NCBI GenBank assembly: GCA_964550845.1
Contig: CAZKAD010000003.1
Location: forward strand, 447 to 64,446
Direction: 5' to 3'
DNA length: 64,000 bases
Source: an uncultured Gammaproteobacteria bacterium
Lineage (GTDB): Bacteria > Patescibacteriota > Patescibacteriia > Magasanikbacterales > UBA922
Every line of letters begins with the position of its first letter. Positions within the stretch are counted from its first letter, which is position 1. Of this stretch, positions 45,194 to 54,376 are shown piece after piece. The translations under genes were made by a program, and so were the position numbers. The notes beneath the pieces were generated by a model. It was given only the letters and a program-made list of their open reading frames with translations, was not told the DNA's origin and did no database searches.

Positions 45194-46504
45194 ATGGCTA
45201 CTCAACAACCTACATTTCAACCTCAACAACTTACATTCCAACCTCAACAATCCGATAACTTTTCAATCGTTCCTTCAAATGCAACACCTTGGAACAAATA
45301 CCCTCTCAACACCGCGTCCCAAGATCAAGTCTATCAATGTGGTCAAGAAAACGGAACATTTCTTGGTTATGATTTGAATCGTTTGACATTTACTGAACCA
45401 AAGCTCGAACCCGTGAAATCTGATGACGGAAAGGCAATGCCCGCTTATCGAATCCAAATTAAGGATCGACGTCCGGATGGAAAACTTCAGAATCTCGTCT
45501 TCCGTTTGAAAGAGGCTTATTGCTTCGGAGTCAATCCCTCGACTGATATGAAAGATAAAAATCTGTTGACTGGTTATCAAATTGGCTATGCAATGTGGAG
45601 TCGTGATGGGGCGACTGAAGATGAAAAATATATTACTGATTTGATTGAATATTGGATTGTTGATCGTGTTCTTGATCATTTGATGAAAATCAAAGATACT
45701 GTTTTGCTTGGTGACAAAGATAAGAGAGATCTTCGTAATACAAAGGTTTTTTCTCGTGGTAAGGATAAGGCATCGGGAAAGATTAAGAAAGACGATCCTC
45801 CAATCTGGAATCCAAAGTTGTTTGTTACAAAGACCGGTAAACCCCCAGTACAAACAATTTCAATTCGAACTAAATTTTATTGGAAAGATGTCATTGATGC
45901 CGATGGAGCTCCTGCGGAAGTTGATCCGATGGTCTTTCTGAAGAAAGGTTTTAAGGCAACTCCTTCAATTATTTTGGAAAGTATCTACATTTCAGCTAAA
46001 GGTGAAGTCTTTATTATGTCAAAGGTCCATGAAGTTGATTGCCAACCTGCTGGAGATTTCCTTCCTCGTTTGGGTAAGGTGAGCGAAAATGCAGTACCAG
46101 TTGATCAAGTTTTGTCTGATCCAAAGTATGCTGCTTATCTTACGGCAAAAAAGAGTCTATTGGCTATTATGCTTCCGCCAATCGGAGTGTCTACTTCAAC
46201 AGAAAATCCTTTGCTCTCGACAACTCCTTTGACTACTGGAAATGTCGGTCCGGTTGGAAATGTTGCTCCAATTGGAAACACTGAGCCTCCAAAGACAGAA
46301 TTTTCTGCTCCTCCACTGATGATGAATCTTCCACAAAATGTTCCTGGGATGCCTTCAGGCCCCCAAGTTCCAAGTATTCCGCAAGTTCCCGGTATGCCTT
46401 CAGTTCCTCAACTTCCTTCAGTTCCTTCTATGCCTCAACTCCCAGTTATGCCTCCAAAAGTAACTGCGCTCAATCCCTCAATGGTACCACCTCCTAATCG
46501 ATAA
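45194..46504 (+). CDS. Hypothetical protein with a Gln/Pro-rich N-terminus and a PxxP/VP-repeat C-terminus (possible structural protein)
   Basis: 436-aa ORF. The C-terminus is PGMPSGPQVPSIPQVPGMPSVPQLPSVPSMPQLPVMPPK. Confidence 0.65.
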   Translation: MATQQPTFQPQQLTFQPQQSDNFSIVPSNATPWNKYPLNTASQDQVYQCGQENGTFLGYDLNRLTFTEPKLEPVKSDDGKAMPAYRIQIKDRRPDGKLQNLVFRLKEAYCFGVNPSTDMKDKNLLTGYQIGYAMWSRDGATEDEKYITDLIEYWIVDRVLDHLMKIKDTVLLGDKDKRDLRNTKVFSRGKDKASGKIKKDDPPIWNPKLFVTKTGKPPVQTISIRTKFYWKDVIDADGAPAEVDPMVFLKKGFKATPSIILESIYISAKGEVFIMSKVHEVDCQPAGDFLPRLGKVSENAVPVDQVLSDPKYAAYLTAKKSLLAIMLPPIGVSTSTENPLLSTTPLTTGNVGPVGNVAPIGNTEPPKTEFSAPPLMMNLPQNVPGMPSGPQVPSIPQVPGMPSVPQLPSVPSMPQLPVMPPKVTALNPSMVPPPNR

Positions 46505-46551
46505 AATGATAAAACGATAAAATGAAAGTAGATAAACGAAATAATTAAAAA

Positions 46552-46575
46552 TTCTTCACCTCTCAAGGTGAAGAA
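46552..46575. terminator. Perfect 9-bp hairpin TTCTTCACCtctcaaGGTGAAGAA between convergent genes
   Basis: Direct reading. Located between the stops of 45194..46504 (+) and 46585..47886 (-). Confidence 0.6.
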
Positions 46576-46584
46576 AAATTATTC

Positions 46585-47886
46585 TTATTCTTTTGGTAGA
46601 GAAAGATCGAAGTTTGGAAAAGATGCTCGAAAATCAAGCACTTTTGCACCAACACTCATTGCATATTTTCTTCGTGAAAGATAATGCTTTTCAAGATTGG
46701 GTAAATTGTCTACCAAGTCGACAATAATAGGAGAAACATCTTCTCTACGGACACATCTTCCAAAATATTGTGCAAACATTTCTTCGACATCAGAAGCAAG
46801 GATTAACATATCCAATTTTGGATGATCAAAACCAACTCCACTCTTCGAGAAAGTAGTGACCAGAATTCTTGCATCACGATTGAAATCTGATTTCGATCCA
46901 GTCGTATAATCAACGCTCTCTTTACAGTGCAATAAATTGTAATACAAAGTTTCTGTTTGTTTAACTCTTTTACAAAGAACTAAGATATTTCTGTCTTTAA
47001 ACAGGCGACATAACTGAATGATCCAAATATTTCTCTGATTATGATCGGCTTGAAAAGCTAGCACTGAATTCCAATCAGTTCTTCCTTGCATATTCATTTT
47101 CTTTGGAGGAATCAGTCTTGTTTCGAGTTTGTAGTAGATACATTCAACTTGAAGAGGTACAATAATTCGATCTTCACTAAAATGAAGATCAAGAATTTTA
47201 TCCATTTCGTCACTTCGATCTGGTGTTGCAGTCAAACCAATACAAATTTTAGGGCAAAAATAAAAGAGAGCTCGACTCATCTTTTCGGAACAAATCGCAT
47301 GTGCTTCATCAACAATCAGACAACCAATATTAGCAAATTCTGCTCTGTTTCTTTTCATTACATTAATTGGATTCATTAAGACAAAGTCCGCTGATGGATC
47401 AATTAGCGACTTACTATCAAGCAGCTGAACTTTTGCTTTCGGAAGAACCTTTTCAATAGTTTCCTTCCATTGATCAAATAAACTAATACGATGCATTAAT
47501 ACCATGGTTTGATATCCAAACAAAGAAGCGAGATAAATTGAAGTCAATGTTTTTCCTTTTCCTGTAGCCATAGATAAGAAAGCTGTTCTCACTTTCAACA
47601 ATCGTTCAATTGCTTGTTTAGCAACTTTTTCCTGATATTCTCGAAGTTTTCCTTCAAACGGTAAAGATTTTTGTGTAAACGGAAAAGCTTCATTTGGATA
47701 TTGTTTCAAATATTGACAGCCGAAATAAAAAGGAAGATAGACATTTTCACCATCAATTTCATATGCGTTCACTACAACGCCTTCAGTTTGAATAAATGGA
47801 TTATCTTTACTTCTTACTTCAAGTTGTTGAGTTAAAGTTTCACGCTGTTGCTGTGTAAGTTTTTGAAGAGGAACAGCAATTGACAT
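46585..47886 (-). CDS. SF2 helicase (DEAH box; NCLDV D6/A18-like, XPB-type)
   Basis: Motif I ATGKGKT, motif II LIVDEAH, motif III GLTATPDR and motif VI QYFGRCVRR. Confidence 0.8.
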   Translation of the reverse strand: MSIAVPLQKLTQQQRETLTQQLEVRSKDNPFIQTEGVVVNAYEIDGENVYLPFYFGCQYLKQYPNEAFPFTQKSLPFEGKLREYQEKVAKQAIERLLKVRTAFLSMATGKGKTLTSIYLASLFGYQTMVLMHRISLFDQWKETIEKVLPKAKVQLLDSKSLIDPSADFVLMNPINVMKRNRAEFANIGCLIVDEAHAICSEKMSRALFYFCPKICIGLTATPDRSDEMDKILDLHFSEDRIIVPLQVECIYYKLETRLIPPKKMNMQGRTDWNSVLAFQADHNQRNIWIIQLCRLFKDRNILVLCKRVKQTETLYYNLLHCKESVDYTTGSKSDFNRDARILVTTFSKSGVGFDHPKLDMLILASDVEEMFAQYFGRCVRREDVSPIIVDLVDNLPNLEKHYLSRRKYAMSVGAKVLDFRASFPNFDLSLPKE

Positions 47887-47924
47887 TCAAAGGACTTTTG
47901 AGATTGGTTTTGAGATTGAGATTG

Positions 47925-47968
47925 ATTAAACGCCAGAGGGCTGGTTAAACGCCAGAGGGCTGGTTAAA
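47925..47968. promoter_or_regulatory. Two tandem copies of the conserved palindromic element with a variant stem (TTAAACGCCAGagggCTGGTTAAA x2), in a divergent intergenic region
   Basis: Direct reading. The flanks are conserved and the stem differs (GCCAG/CTGGC) but still pairs, which is a compensatory change. It lies between the starts of 46585..47886 (-) and 48040..49707 (+). Confidence 0.55.
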
Positions 47969-48039
47969 GATTTCTTTCTTCTTCTAAAGACAAAGAGTCA
48001 ATTTTTTGGTACTTACTTTTACTTCCTTAACATCAACAA

Positions 48040-49707
48040 ATGCCTCGTCGATCGACTCGACTTCATTTTCGAAAACTTGAAAATGGCGAAGTCATTCTTC
48101 TGAATGATAATCCAAATAGCGTCGAAGATGACGCAATCGAAGTTGTGACACGTGGAGGAAAGAGAAAACTAATTTTTGATGACGAAGATCAACCAGTTGA
48201 AGTTGATGTTCCTCCATTAGCCCAATTGAATCCTCCAGTTTCAAATATTCAAAAGAATGAGTTTGATCCACTTGAACAAACTTATATCGACTTTTACACT
48301 CTTGTAATTGGGGACGAGAAACTTTCTCGCAAACAAAGAAAATTACTCCGGGGTTATTGTAAAGAAGTGATTCAAGAGCAACCATCAGCTTTAAAGTTAC
48401 TTACGAGTAACATCTTTCATTCAGATAAATTAAAGTTACTTGAAATGCTTCGAGTGTTGAAGGATAAAGATCCGGACTCAGAAGATTATCTTGATTACAA
48501 AAAAGTTTATCAAACTAAATTTGAATCTGCACAGCGAAATTTCGATGAATTGTTAAGTCTACCACCTGATCTACAACGATCTCATACCGAAGAAAAAGAT
48601 CGAATCGACAAACTTGCCCAAAAGAAATCTTTTTCATTTCAAATCATCAATCTTCCTGTTGATGATGAGACTAAACGTTTCATCTATCAACGATATATTC
48701 ACTATGAACGAATGGGTAATAGTGATGATGAAAAGCCAAAACTTGAACAATGGTTGAACACAGTCTTGCAGATTCCGTATAAAGTGTTTATTGATCTTCC
48801 TTCAGAACGAGAATTTTGTTTGCGTAATTTTCGAGATATTCTTGATCGGGAAATTTATGGCATGCAAGTAGTCAAAGAGCAACTGTTGGTCTTTTTGAAT
48901 ACCAAATTGACCAATCCGCATGTTCAGGGATCCAATCTTGCTCTCCTTGGTCCTCCGGGAGTAGGTAAAACAAAAATTGCTCGCTTAATGGCGAAGGCAC
49001 TCAATCTTCCTTTTGCTCAAGTTCCTTGCGGCGGCCTTGAATCAATCGATCGTATCCGAGGTCATTCATATACTTATATTGGTTCTCAACCAGGTGAAAT
49101 AACTTCAGCCGTCCTTTCAATGAAAGCAAACAATGGGGTTATGTTCTTTGATGAATTTGAAAAGATTGGAAGTGAAAAAGCTCATCTGACTAATAGTTTG
49201 TACAATATTTTTCTCCATATTCTTGATCCTGAGCAAAATGGGAACTTTCATGATGATTACCTCGGGCTTGAAATTCCGATTGATCTTTCTCGAATGTGGT
49301 TCATTCTTGCAATGAATAGTTTACCAAATTTTCAACCTTTGATTGACAGATTGTATGTTGTTCAAGTTCCAGCATATACAATTCGAGAAAAGATTATTAT
49401 CGCCCAACGACATTTAATTCCGGAGATTTTCGCTGCATTGAAACTTGATCAAAATAGTATCATATTTACCGATGAAATTATCTCTCGTATTATTCATCAC
49501 TTTAATCTATCCAGTATTCCGGGTTTGAGACAATTAAAGAATATTCTTCGAGAGATTGTGCTAAAGATTCATTTCCTTCAAACGTCAAATCTTCAAATCT
49601 CTTTTCAATTGAAGAATATGAAACTTCCTTACAAACTTCAAGAAGAAGATCTTGATAAACTTCAATTAAATGTGAGTAAAGAAGATCGCCCTTCAATGTG
49701 GACTTGA
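48040..49707 (+). CDS. Lon-type AAA+ ATPase module with no protease domain
   Basis: [54 protein letters not shown]...[12 protein letters not shown]...LHILDPEQN...LAMN..., compared with E. coli Lon [55 protein letters not shown]...LFLLDEIDKMSSD...LEVLDPEQN...FVATSN. The ORF stops about 30 aa after the AAA+ alpha-subdomain and no Ser-Lys protease domain follows. Confidence 0.8.
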   Translation: [555 protein letters not shown]

Positions 49708-49769
49708 AACTCGTCCTTCACCGTGGACTTGAAACTCGTCCTTCACCGTGGACTTGAAACTCGTCCTCG
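49699..49769. repeat. Three tandem copies of a 25-nt hairpin repeat (TGGACTTGAAACTCGTCCTTCACCG); the first copy overlaps the last codons and stop of the Lon-like gene
   Basis: Direct reading. Each unit carries the inverted repeat GGAC..GTCC. The array is followed at 49770..49777 by AAAATTGA for the Pol X gene. Confidence 0.8.
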
Positions 49770-49822
49770 AAAATTGATTAAATTTCTGATTTTTGTTAAT
49801 CAACAAAAATCAATTAATAGTA

Positions 49823-50770
49823 ATGTCCTCAAAGAAAATCGAATTTGAGAGAGGAGTTCCTCGAACTGAGTTTCTCTTTCAACTTGAAGCTCTGACAAGA
49901 GCTGCGAAAGGATTTCGAAAAAGAGCATTCACCAACGCAATTGAATCACTGAAGGGAATCTCAAACGAACTCCTCTATTACAACGATCTTCATGAATTGA
50001 AGGGATTTGGAGAAGGAATGTTAAATCGGTTTCTTGAATATCAGTCAACTGGCCAACTCAAAGAGCTAATTTTTTCTGCCGAAGAACAAGAACGCAAGCG
50101 AGTACTCGATCTTTTTCAAGGTATCTATGGAGTTGGAGAAGTTACTGCAACTGTTTGGTATGAGAAAGGTTTGCGTTCACTTGAAGATTTGATTAAATTC
50201 AATATTCCCTTGACCGATCATCAACGAGTTGGATTGTATTATTACAATCAAATTAATTCGCGAATTGAGCGAAAAGAGATTGATGAATTTAACCAACAAC
50301 TTCAAAAGAAAGTTGTTGAGTTTAATCAAGAAAATAAGGTACAAATTGAAATGAAAATATGTGGTAGCTATCTTCGAGGTAAAACGACTTCTGGTGATAT
50401 TGATGTAATCGTTCGAGAAAAGAATGATCAGTTACCTTGTTTAATTGATAGTCTATTGAAATATTTATATCCACTTGTTCGACATATTCTTGGTCAAGGT
50501 AATGTTAAAATTTTGACTCTTGGAGGATCAACAGATATCCATCGAAGAATCGACTTTGAACTCGTTGAGAATGCAAGATGGCCATTTGCCTTATTGTATT
50601 TCACTGGTTCAAAAGATTTTAATCGACAAATGAGAGAGATTGCAAAAAAGAAAGGTCTTCTTCTCAATCAACGAGGCTTATTTTACGGCAATCAAGAATT
50701 TCTTTACAAAGAAGAAAAAGATATTTTTGATGCCCTCGGAATGACTTACTTATCTCCTGAACAACGATAA
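49823..50770 (+). CDS. DNA polymerase family X (Pol beta-like)
   Basis: GIYGVGEVTATVWYEKGLRSLEDL (HhH), CGSYLRGKTTSGDIDVIV (nucleotidyltransferase motif; compare Pol beta GSFRRGAESSGDMDVLL) and FALLYFTGSKDFNRQMR. Start taken at MSSKK (49823), 46 nt downstream of AAAATTGA. Confidence 0.85.
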   Translation: MSSKKIEFERGVPRTEFLFQLEALTRAAKGFRKRAFTNAIESLKGISNELLYYNDLHELKGFGEGMLNRFLEYQSTGQLKELIFSAEEQERKRVLDLFQGIYGVGEVTATVWYEKGLRSLEDLIKFNIPLTDHQRVGLYYYNQINSRIERKEIDEFNQQLQKKVVEFNQENKVQIEMKICGSYLRGKTTSGDIDVIVREKNDQLPCLIDSLLKYLYPLVRHILGQGNVKILTLGGSTDIHRRIDFELVENARWPFALLYFTGSKDFNRQMREIAKKKGLLLNQRGLFYGNQEFLYKEEKDIFDALGMTYLSPEQR

Positions 50771-50795
50771 CCTCCTTCTCCTTTCGAGGAAAAGG

Positions 50796-50803
50796 AAAAT
50801 TGA
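50796..50803 (+). promoter_or_regulatory. AAAATTGA octamer upstream of 50838..51749, preceded by the hairpin TCCTTTCGAGGA at 50779..50790
   Basis: Exact octamer 35 nt upstream of the ATG. Confidence 0.5.
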
Positions 50804-50837
50804 TTTATTTTGGAAACAAACGGGGAAAAATAAATCA

Positions 50838-51749
50838 ATGACGTCAACTCTTCAGTTTCCGAAGCGACTCGAAGAACATGGAATTAAGATTGTTTTTGCG
50901 ATCGAGAAACCAATCGTCACAATAAGTCATGACAATGTAAACGATTTTACAGTTGACTTTACCGATGAAAAAGCAAGTTTAACCAATCCTAAAGGACGTT
51001 TAACTCGAGGTTGTCGTAAAGAGACAATGAATAAGGGCGAAGAAGGCGATTGGTATTTTCTTCGTTCAAACAATGGTATCTATACAATTCGCAGCAGATG
51101 TGATTGGCAAGTAATTGATCCAAATGGTAAGCCAATATTCAAGCTGGATCATTTTCCTCAACGATGTCCCACAATCTCTCCTTCTGGAAGATATATTTCT
51201 TACGTGATATGCTCTCGTGTCATCGAAAAGACTAAAAGTATACTCATTGATCTTCAAGATCAAAAGATTTTTGAATATATAGGATTACCGGCTAACTTTT
51301 CACCAGATGAAAAGTATTTTGCTTATCCTCTTGTGAATGAGGTGTTTGTTTGCACTACTAAAGATAAGAAGCTTGTTATCCAACATTCTTTTTCAAAATA
51401 CAATCCTCACATTAACACTGTTCTTTTGTCTAACACTCATATCGTCATTATTTGGAGAGGCTTGCATGGAACTATAAAAGTAATGAAAATTGGTGAAAAA
51501 AATGTCACACATACTGATCAATCAGCATATTACCATATTCACTCTCATCTTTATTCTGATGGAACTCTATTATCTGTTGGAACAGATGAAATTAAAAAGA
51601 TCAAGTTTAATTTTGAAGAACCGAAGATTGAATCAGTTCCTCCAAATATCGAGATGAATCAAAAAGACGATTCGGTTCCTTCAAATATCGAGATGAATCA
51701 AAAAGACGATTCGGTTCCTCCAAATATCGAGATGAATCAAAACGTTTGA
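50838..51749 (+). CDS. Hypothetical protein (possibly a beta-propeller) with three C-terminal PPNIEMNQKDDSV repeats
   Basis: 303-aa ORF. 3x 39-nt repeat at 51640..51745. Confidence 0.6.
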   Translation: MTSTLQFPKRLEEHGIKIVFAIEKPIVTISHDNVNDFTVDFTDEKASLTNPKGRLTRGCRKETMNKGEEGDWYFLRSNNGIYTIRSRCDWQVIDPNGKPIFKLDHFPQRCPTISPSGRYISYVICSRVIEKTKSILIDLQDQKIFEYIGLPANFSPDEKYFAYPLVNEVFVCTTKDKKLVIQHSFSKYNPHINTVLLSNTHIVIIWRGLHGTIKVMKIGEKNVTHTDQSAYYHIHSHLYSDGTLLSVGTDEIKKIKFNFEEPKIESVPPNIEMNQKDDSVPSNIEMNQKDDSVPPNIEMNQNV

Positions 51750-51758
51750 ACATTTTAA

Positions 51759-51800
51759 TCATCCTTTGGGATGATTAAACGTCCTTTGGGACTGGTTAAG
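51759..51800. terminator. Hairpin ATCATCCtttGGGATGAT followed by the conserved element TAAACGTCCtttGGGACTGGTTAAG between convergent genes; its TTA is the stop of 51796..52785
   Basis: Direct reading. Confidence 0.65.
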
Positions 51801-52785
51801 TATAAAACTCTTTACGAATTTTCTTCGGAAAAAGATCTTGTAAAGTATCAACTAATTCGGAGTCGTGTTCAATCAAACATTGTAAACATTCTCGTTTATC
51901 TATTTTATTTGCACGAAGTAATATTTCGAGTTCATCTGGATGTTCGATTAAGTGTTCAGAAAATGGACATTCAAGAAAGATAAATAAATCAAGGGAGAAA
52001 TGATATCTCAATATCTTTTCCCAAAGAGGATGACTCTTCGAAAAATATTCAAAGAAAATTTCAATCTGAAAACCACCAAAAGAATTGAAGGAAGTAAACC
52101 TGGTTAAAGACAAATTCCATCTTTGATTAATGTCATCAAGAATTTGATCTCCTGGGAAATATTTCTTTATCATTTGATACCATCGGTGATAATCAATAAA
52201 AGTAAAGTTTAGCGATTGCAAAAAAAGTAGGAAAATTTTCGCCTCGATACTAACTCCATATTCCAAATAAACTGTTCCAGCTTGATGAATATCTTCGGCT
52301 AGATTCATAAAAATAAATTTAATATCATCAAACGAAAGTACATCCTGTTTTCGTTTATACTTCAAGAGTAAATTAAGCAAGTGATATTTTTCTGATACAA
52401 TTACATATACTGAGTATTCGTGCAAAAGTTTAAATCCAGAAATGCAATAATTATTTACCAATGAAAAAATATAATCTATCATTTCCGGTGAAGATAAATC
52501 GATGCAATGATAACTTGTATGCAAAGGTGACCAATAAAATGCGGTTATGTCTCCGCGGATATATTTTTGTGCCGTTTTAATAAAAAGATCATCTGGGAAA
52601 TAACATATCAAACCTCTTGGATAAATGGCTTGTAATTTATCTGCTTGGGAGAGATCAACAAAATTGGTAATTAACAAAAATAATCTTGGATCATACAAAT
52701 CTTTTGTTAAAAAAGAATTCCAATTTGTCTCTCGATTAGATAAACCTGACGCAATTAATTGAATCAAACGGTCAGAAATTGACAT
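51796..52785 (-). CDS. Member of the 'FLTxDLYDPRLL' family, with the motif at the N-terminus
   Basis: N-terminus MSISDRLIQLIASGLSNRETNWNSFLTKDLYDPRLFLLITNFVDLS... Confidence 0.65.
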   Translation of the reverse strand: MSISDRLIQLIASGLSNRETNWNSFLTKDLYDPRLFLLITNFVDLSQADKLQAIYPRGLICYFPDDLFIKTAQKYIRGDITAFYWSPLHTSYHCIDLSSPEMIDYIFSLVNNYCISGFKLLHEYSVYVIVSEKYHLLNLLLKYKRKQDVLSFDDIKFIFMNLAEDIHQAGTVYLEYGVSIEAKIFLLFLQSLNFTFIDYHRWYQMIKKYFPGDQILDDINQRWNLSLTRFTSFNSFGGFQIEIFFEYFSKSHPLWEKILRYHFSLDLFIFLECPFSEHLIEHPDELEILLRANKIDKRECLQCLIEHDSELVDTLQDLFPKKIRKEFYT

Positions 52786-52814
52786 TTCTTAAAGGATTCA
52801 TCCTTTAAGAGAAA

Positions 52815-53429
52815 TTATTTATCTTTGGTCAAGAACTTTGTTTTACCTTTCGTCGTAAGGGCAATAAATTCGATGCCAAATGCGACAAATTTTTGCATTG
52901 CTTGAAGAGAGTCATATGCTTCGATGTGAATCGATAAATTTTGATTCGGAATAGGAGTATCAAAAGAAAACTTCATCGGTGGATTTTCAATATAGGCGAG
53001 TAAATAATCAGTTTCTTCCAATGTTGATGATTTTGTGGTCAATCCCATTTTGACATCTCGAATTGACCATGGAATAGAATGTGTTATTTCTCGAATCAAT
53101 TGGAAAGATTGTGCTTTCGGAATTGTAATTTTTTGTCCAGGTTCAAGTAAAAAATTTACTCTGACTGTGACACCATCAAGATTTTTCTTTTCCGCATCTC
53201 CAAGATAGATATCAAGTAGTGAAATGTAAAAATCTCTACCCATTAAAAGAGGAAGTTCGAAGAAATTCCATTGTTGATTCGCACATGATCGGATTTGACT
53301 AAGAAGATTCTTAACGGAAAGAGGGAAACTAATCGGATTGCATGAAAATTTTCTACCGTATAAAGATAAGTCTTTTTCTTCATTCGGTAAATCCCAGAGT
53401 CGAATAATCTTTTGAGATGAATTATTCAT
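52815..53429 (-). CDS. Hypothetical protein
   Basis: 204-aa ORF. Confidence 0.55.
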   Translation of the reverse strand: MNNSSQKIIRLWDLPNEEKDLSLYGRKFSCNPISFPLSVKNLLSQIRSCANQQWNFFELPLLMGRDFYISLLDIYLGDAEKKNLDGVTVRVNFLLEPGQKITIPKAQSFQLIREITHSIPWSIRDVKMGLTTKSSTLEETDYLLAYIENPPMKFSFDTPIPNQNLSIHIEAYDSLQAMQKFVAFGIEFIALTTKGKTKFLTKDK

Positions 53430-53449
53430 TTGAATGATTCGATAAAGTG

Positions 53450-53507
53450 TTTAACTAGTCCCGAAGGACGTTTAACCAATTCAAAAAGTCCCGAAGGACG
53501 TTTAACC
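53450..53507. promoter_or_regulatory. Two tandem reverse-orientation copies of the conserved element (TTAACTAGTCCcgaaGGACGTTTAACC; AGTCCcgaaGGACGTTTAACC)
   Basis: Direct reading. Located between the stop of 53527..54255 and the start of 52815..53429 (both minus strand). Confidence 0.6.
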
Positions 53508-53526
53508 GTTTCTCTTCAAAGACTTC

Positions 53527-54255
53527 TTAAACCTCACTCAACTTAACATTCTCATTGCCTTCAAATCCAGTAGCTCCAATTGCGACACAAGAAAATCGGC
53601 TTGTCTTACCAGGACCGACTTTAATATTCCGATTACCAATCAAAGTACAACGAATCAAGTGAATCTCTGAATTTTGGTCAACCGAGAGCAAATCTTGATC
53701 GTCACTTGACAATTTGCAATTGTCAAAGAAGACAAATGCCGATGAATTTTTCACGCAGTCGATAAACGAACACTTCTCAGCAATCCATTTTCCAGAGATT
53801 TCCGATTGCCCTTCAAATTCATTATTATCAAGGAAGCCGTCTCCTTTGCCTTGAAAAGAGGTGATGGACGAGTTTTCAAGCGATAACATACTTTTTTCTT
53901 CTGTGTCGAGATGATCGACACACAGATAACTTGCTTGCCGAGAACTCGCTTGATTAAAGATACATTTATTAACTGCCACATTTTGAATGATACCAGTTCC
54001 ATTGACTGAAAGTTGATCAATTCGAATCATTGATGCTACACCTTTCCCCTCAATGTGAATTTGATCTGGAATGGTAACTTTTTCTTCATATTTACCCGGA
54101 TAAATTTGGATGATATCTCCAGGTTTCGCCGCCGAACAAGCAGCTTCAATTGATTGATATTGATCTGGTACAATTAAATTTTTGCTCTGGGAGCTTGGAG
54201 CTTTTGCAAAGAATTGCGTCCTTTGGTGCAAATCAACGAGACGAAACGCCATCAC
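53527..54255 (-). CDS. Hypothetical protein, possibly beta-helix-like
   Basis: 242-aa ORF whose periodic N/C/S-rich segments suggest a parallel beta-helix. No catalytic motif was identified. Confidence 0.5.
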   Translation of the reverse strand: MMAFRLVDLHQRTQFFAKAPSSQSKNLIVPDQYQSIEAACSAAKPGDIIQIYPGKYEEKVTIPDQIHIEGKGVASMIRIDQLSVNGTGIIQNVAVNKCIFNQASSRQASYLCVDHLDTEEKSMLSLENSSITSFQGKGDGFLDNNEFEGQSEISGKWIAEKCSFIDCVKNSSAFVFFDNCKLSSDDQDLLSVDQNSEIHLIRCTLIGNRNIKVGPGKTSRFSCVAIGATGFEGNENVKLSEV

Positions 54256-54350
54256 ACTTTTAGAGAATAAGAATTTTAAGAGAAGATTTTTAATGAAAAG
54301 ATTTTTGAACTACCGAAAGGAAGTGGCTAGTTTTATCTCAAATACACAAG

Positions 54351-54376
54351 TTAAACGTCTCTTCAAGACTGGTTAG
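54351..54376. promoter_or_regulatory. Conserved element TTAAACGTCTCttcaAGACTGGTTAG immediately 5' of the histidine-kinase ATG
   Basis: Direct reading. The element ends 0 nt before the ATG at 54377, in a divergent intergenic region. Confidence 0.5.

Noticed and set aside
49699-49769. Possible CRISPR-like array (tandem 25-nt repeats), and more generally the repeated hairpin elements
   Set aside because: The repeats are directly abutting or intergenic, with no unique spacers of regular length and no cas genes. They behave as 3'-end hairpins, not CRISPR.
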